NCBI GenBank assembly: GCA_963776345.1
Contig: CAVZMH010000016.1
Coordinates: forward strand, 128,001-192,000
DNA length: 64,000 nt
Source: an uncultured delta proteobacterium
GTDB lineage: Bacteria > Myxococcota > Myxococcia > Myxococcales > Myxococcaceae
Direction of reading: 5' to 3'
The position numbers and the translations under genes were made by a program. Numbering within the stretch: the stretch's first letter is position 1; each line of letters opens with the position of its first letter. This document shows positions 62,064 through 64,000 of the stretch, piece after piece. The notes below the pieces were generated by a model. It made no database searches and was not told where the DNA came from. It saw only the letters and a list, made by a program, of their open reading frames with translations.

Positions 62064-62677
62064 GGCCCTCGGGTGGCCGCCGTTCCGCTGCGGTCGAGGG
62101 CGCCGAACTGACGATCCAGCGCCAGGTTCAAGCTCAGCACGTTCACCCGCGGCTCACCGAGGACCAGAAGGTCCCGCCGCTCGACCTGCGATTCGACCAG
62201 AGCTCGCACCCGGTCCTCAGCCACGTGTCGTGCCTTCGCCACCCGGGGAACCTGCCACAGCGCCCCGGCCGGGGACAGATGGGGGTCCAGACCACTGCTC
62301 GAGGCGGTGACCAGCTCCACCGGCGCCGGGCCCCGAGCGTCCGGGTTCTCGGCCTGGAGCTTCTGCAGCGCCTCCGTCGCCCCGTCGCGCAGCTTCTTGC
62401 TGGTGGCGCCAAGGTTCGAGCCCCCTGAGCTGGTGGGATCCCAGCCGTCCTTCCCCGCCGCCGAGGGGCGGGGATGAAAGTAGCCCGGCGCGCTGAAGCC
62501 CTGCCCCAGCAGCTCCGAGCCGACCACCCGGCCGCCTTCGTCCTTCACCAGGCTCCCGTTCGCCCGCCAGGGGAAGAGAGCCTGGGCGAGCCCGGTGGCG
62601 ACCACCGGGTAGACGAGCCCGGTGAGAACCAGGGTGACTGCAGTGACGCGAAGAGCGACCACGAGTTCCTTGCGCAT
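62060..62677 (-). CDS. kdpC: K+-transporting ATPase subunit C
   Basis: GLVYP, ANGSL, GSELLGQ.F, YFHPRPSAAG, SGGSNLG, VTASSSGLDPH, VNVL.LNLALD. Confidence 0.96.
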   Translation of the reverse strand: MRKELVVALRVTAVTLVLTGLVYPVVATGLAQALFPWRANGSLVKDEGGRVVGSELLGQGFSAPGYFHPRPSAAGKDGWDPTSSGGSNLGATSKKLRDGATEALQKLQAENPDARGPAPVELVTASSSGLDPHLSPAGALWQVPRVAKARHVAEDRVRALVESQVERRDLLVLGEPRVNVLSLNLALDRQFGALDRSGTAATRGP

Positions 62678-62687
62678 GACGGCTGCC

Positions 62688-64000
62688 TCAGACCAGACCG
62701 AACGCGGCGACCACCAGGTCGACCAGCTTGATGCCGACGAAGGGGACGATGATTCCTCCGGCCCCGTAGATGAGCAGGCTCCGCTTGAGCAGCGCCGCCG
62801 CCCCCACCGGGCGGTAGCGCACTCCGCGGAGGGCGAGCGGGATGAGCGCGATGATGATCAGTGCGTTGAAGATGACCGCGGAGAGCACCGCCGAGTAGGG
62901 CGACGCCAGCCGCATCACGTTCAAGGGCGCGATCTCCGGATACACCCCCACGAACAGGGCGGGGAGGATGGCGAAGTACTTGGCCACGTCGTTGGCGATG
63001 CTGAAGGTGGTGAGCGTCCCCCGGGTCATCAGCAGCTGCTTTCCGACCTCCACCACCTCCAGGAGCTTGGTGGGGTTGGAGTCGAGGTCCACCATGTTCC
63101 CCGCCTCCTTCGCCGCCTGGGTGCCGGTGTTCATCGCCACCCCCACGTCGGCCTGGGCCAGCGCCGGGGCGTCGTTGGTGCCGTCGCCGGTCATGGCCAC
63201 CAGCTTGCCCTTGGCCTGCTCCTCCCGGATGAGGCGCATCTTGGCCTCGGGAGTGGCCTCGGCCAGGAAGTCGTCCACTCCCGCCTCCTTGGCGATGGCT
63301 GCGGCGGTCCGGGGATTGTCTCCGGTGATCATCACCGTGCGGATTCCCATCGCCCGGAAGCGGTCGAAGCGCTCCTTGATCCCGCCCTTCACCACGTCCT
63401 TGAGGTGGAGGATCCCCAGCACCCGCGCGCCCTCGGACACGGCGAGCGGCGTGCCGCCGGAGTCCCCGATGCGGGCTGCAATCTGGAGGGCCTCATCGGG
63501 AACCTTGCCCCCCAGCGACTCGACGTGCCGAGCCACGGCGTCGACCGCACCCTTGCGGATCACCCGGCTGCCGAGATCCACCCCGCTCATGCGGGTCTGG
63601 GCGCTGAAGGCCACGAAGTGCGCCTCCTGGTGGCCCACCTCGCGCCCCCGGAGGCGGTAGCGCTCCTTGGCCAGGACCACGATGCTCCGGCCCTCGGGGG
63701 TCTCGTCGGCCAGGCTGGAGAGCTGGGCCGCGTCGGCCAGGTCCTCGATCCGTACCCCGGCCAGGGGGAGGAACTCGGTGGCCATCCGGTTGCCGAGGGT
63801 GATGGTCCCGGTCTTGTCCAGAAGGAGCGTGTCCACGTCGCCGGCGGCCTCGACCGCACGGCCGCTGAGGGCGATGACGTTCTTCCGGAGCAGCCGATCC
63901 ATGCCGGCGATTCCGATCGCGGAGAGCAGCCCACCGATGGTGGTGGGGATGAGGCAGACCAGCAGCGCCACCACCGCGGTCGTCGAGAGGTGGACCCCGC
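62688..64000 (-). CDS. kdpB: K+-transporting ATPase subunit B, 5' end outside window
   Basis: [51 protein letters not shown]. Confidence 0.97.
   Translation of the reverse strand, partial: GVHLSTTAVVALLVCLIPTTIGGLLSAIGIAGMDRLLRKNVIALSGRAVEAAGDVDTLLLDKTGTITLGNRMATEFLPLAGVRIEDLADAAQLSSLADETPEGRSIVVLAKERYRLRGREVGHQEAHFVAFSAQTRMSGVDLGSRVIRKGAVDAVARHVESLGGKVPDEALQIAARIGDSGGTPLAVSEGARVLGILHLKDVVKGGIKERFDRFRAMGIRTVMITGDNPRTAAAIAKEAGVDDFLAEATPEAKMRLIREEQAKGKLVAMTGDGTNDAPALAQADVGVAMNTGTQAAKEAGNMVDLDSNPTKLLEVVEVGKQLLMTRGTLTTFSIANDVAKYFAILPALFVGVYPEIAPLNVMRLASPYSAVLSAVIFNALIIIALIPLALRGVRYRPVGAAALLKRSLLIYGAGGIIVPFVGIKLVDLVVAAFGLV

Overview
High-GC bacterial chromosomal segment, most likely from a myxobacterium (Myxococcota). 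This is inferred from the AUC-initiated infC with a C-terminal extension, Ser/Thr kinase-TPR-PEGA genes, many lipoproteins and a sigma-54 activator. Left to right: treS-mak-glgB (trehalose to glycogen); a Kef-type K+ antiporter, GNAT, amino-acid permease with a gamma-glutamylcyclotransferase-like gene, YbaK and pfkA; a membrane protein, two SPFH proteins and a large methyltransferase; an accessory tract (about 16.6-28.3 kb) ending at tRNA-Pro(GGG); the core thrS/infC-rpmI-rplT-pheS-pheT-ihfA cluster, interrupted by an antisense Sel1-like gene; tRNA-Val(GAC), family-5 UDG and a 118-bp inverted-repeat element; an LPP20-like/FlgT-N/FecR trio, PilZ, FKBP, GH63-like, Csp, ACE-like peptidase and GT9; an FHA-kinase/TPR-PEGA/Ig-repeat lipoprotein module; and a kdp locus with split KdpD, a separate kinase and a sigma-54 regulator. 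The strongest novelty candidate is an orphan gene (16590-17657, minus) encoding two tandem phage tail-tube (T4 gp19/Afp1-like) domains behind a twin-arginine signal peptide, with no sheath, baseplate or phage genes nearby. It may be a tail tube domesticated for the cell envelope. Four genes carry single-base insertions, probably sequencing errors. No CRISPR array, rRNA, integrase or transposase was seen. All family calls come from reading motifs by eye, with no database searches.
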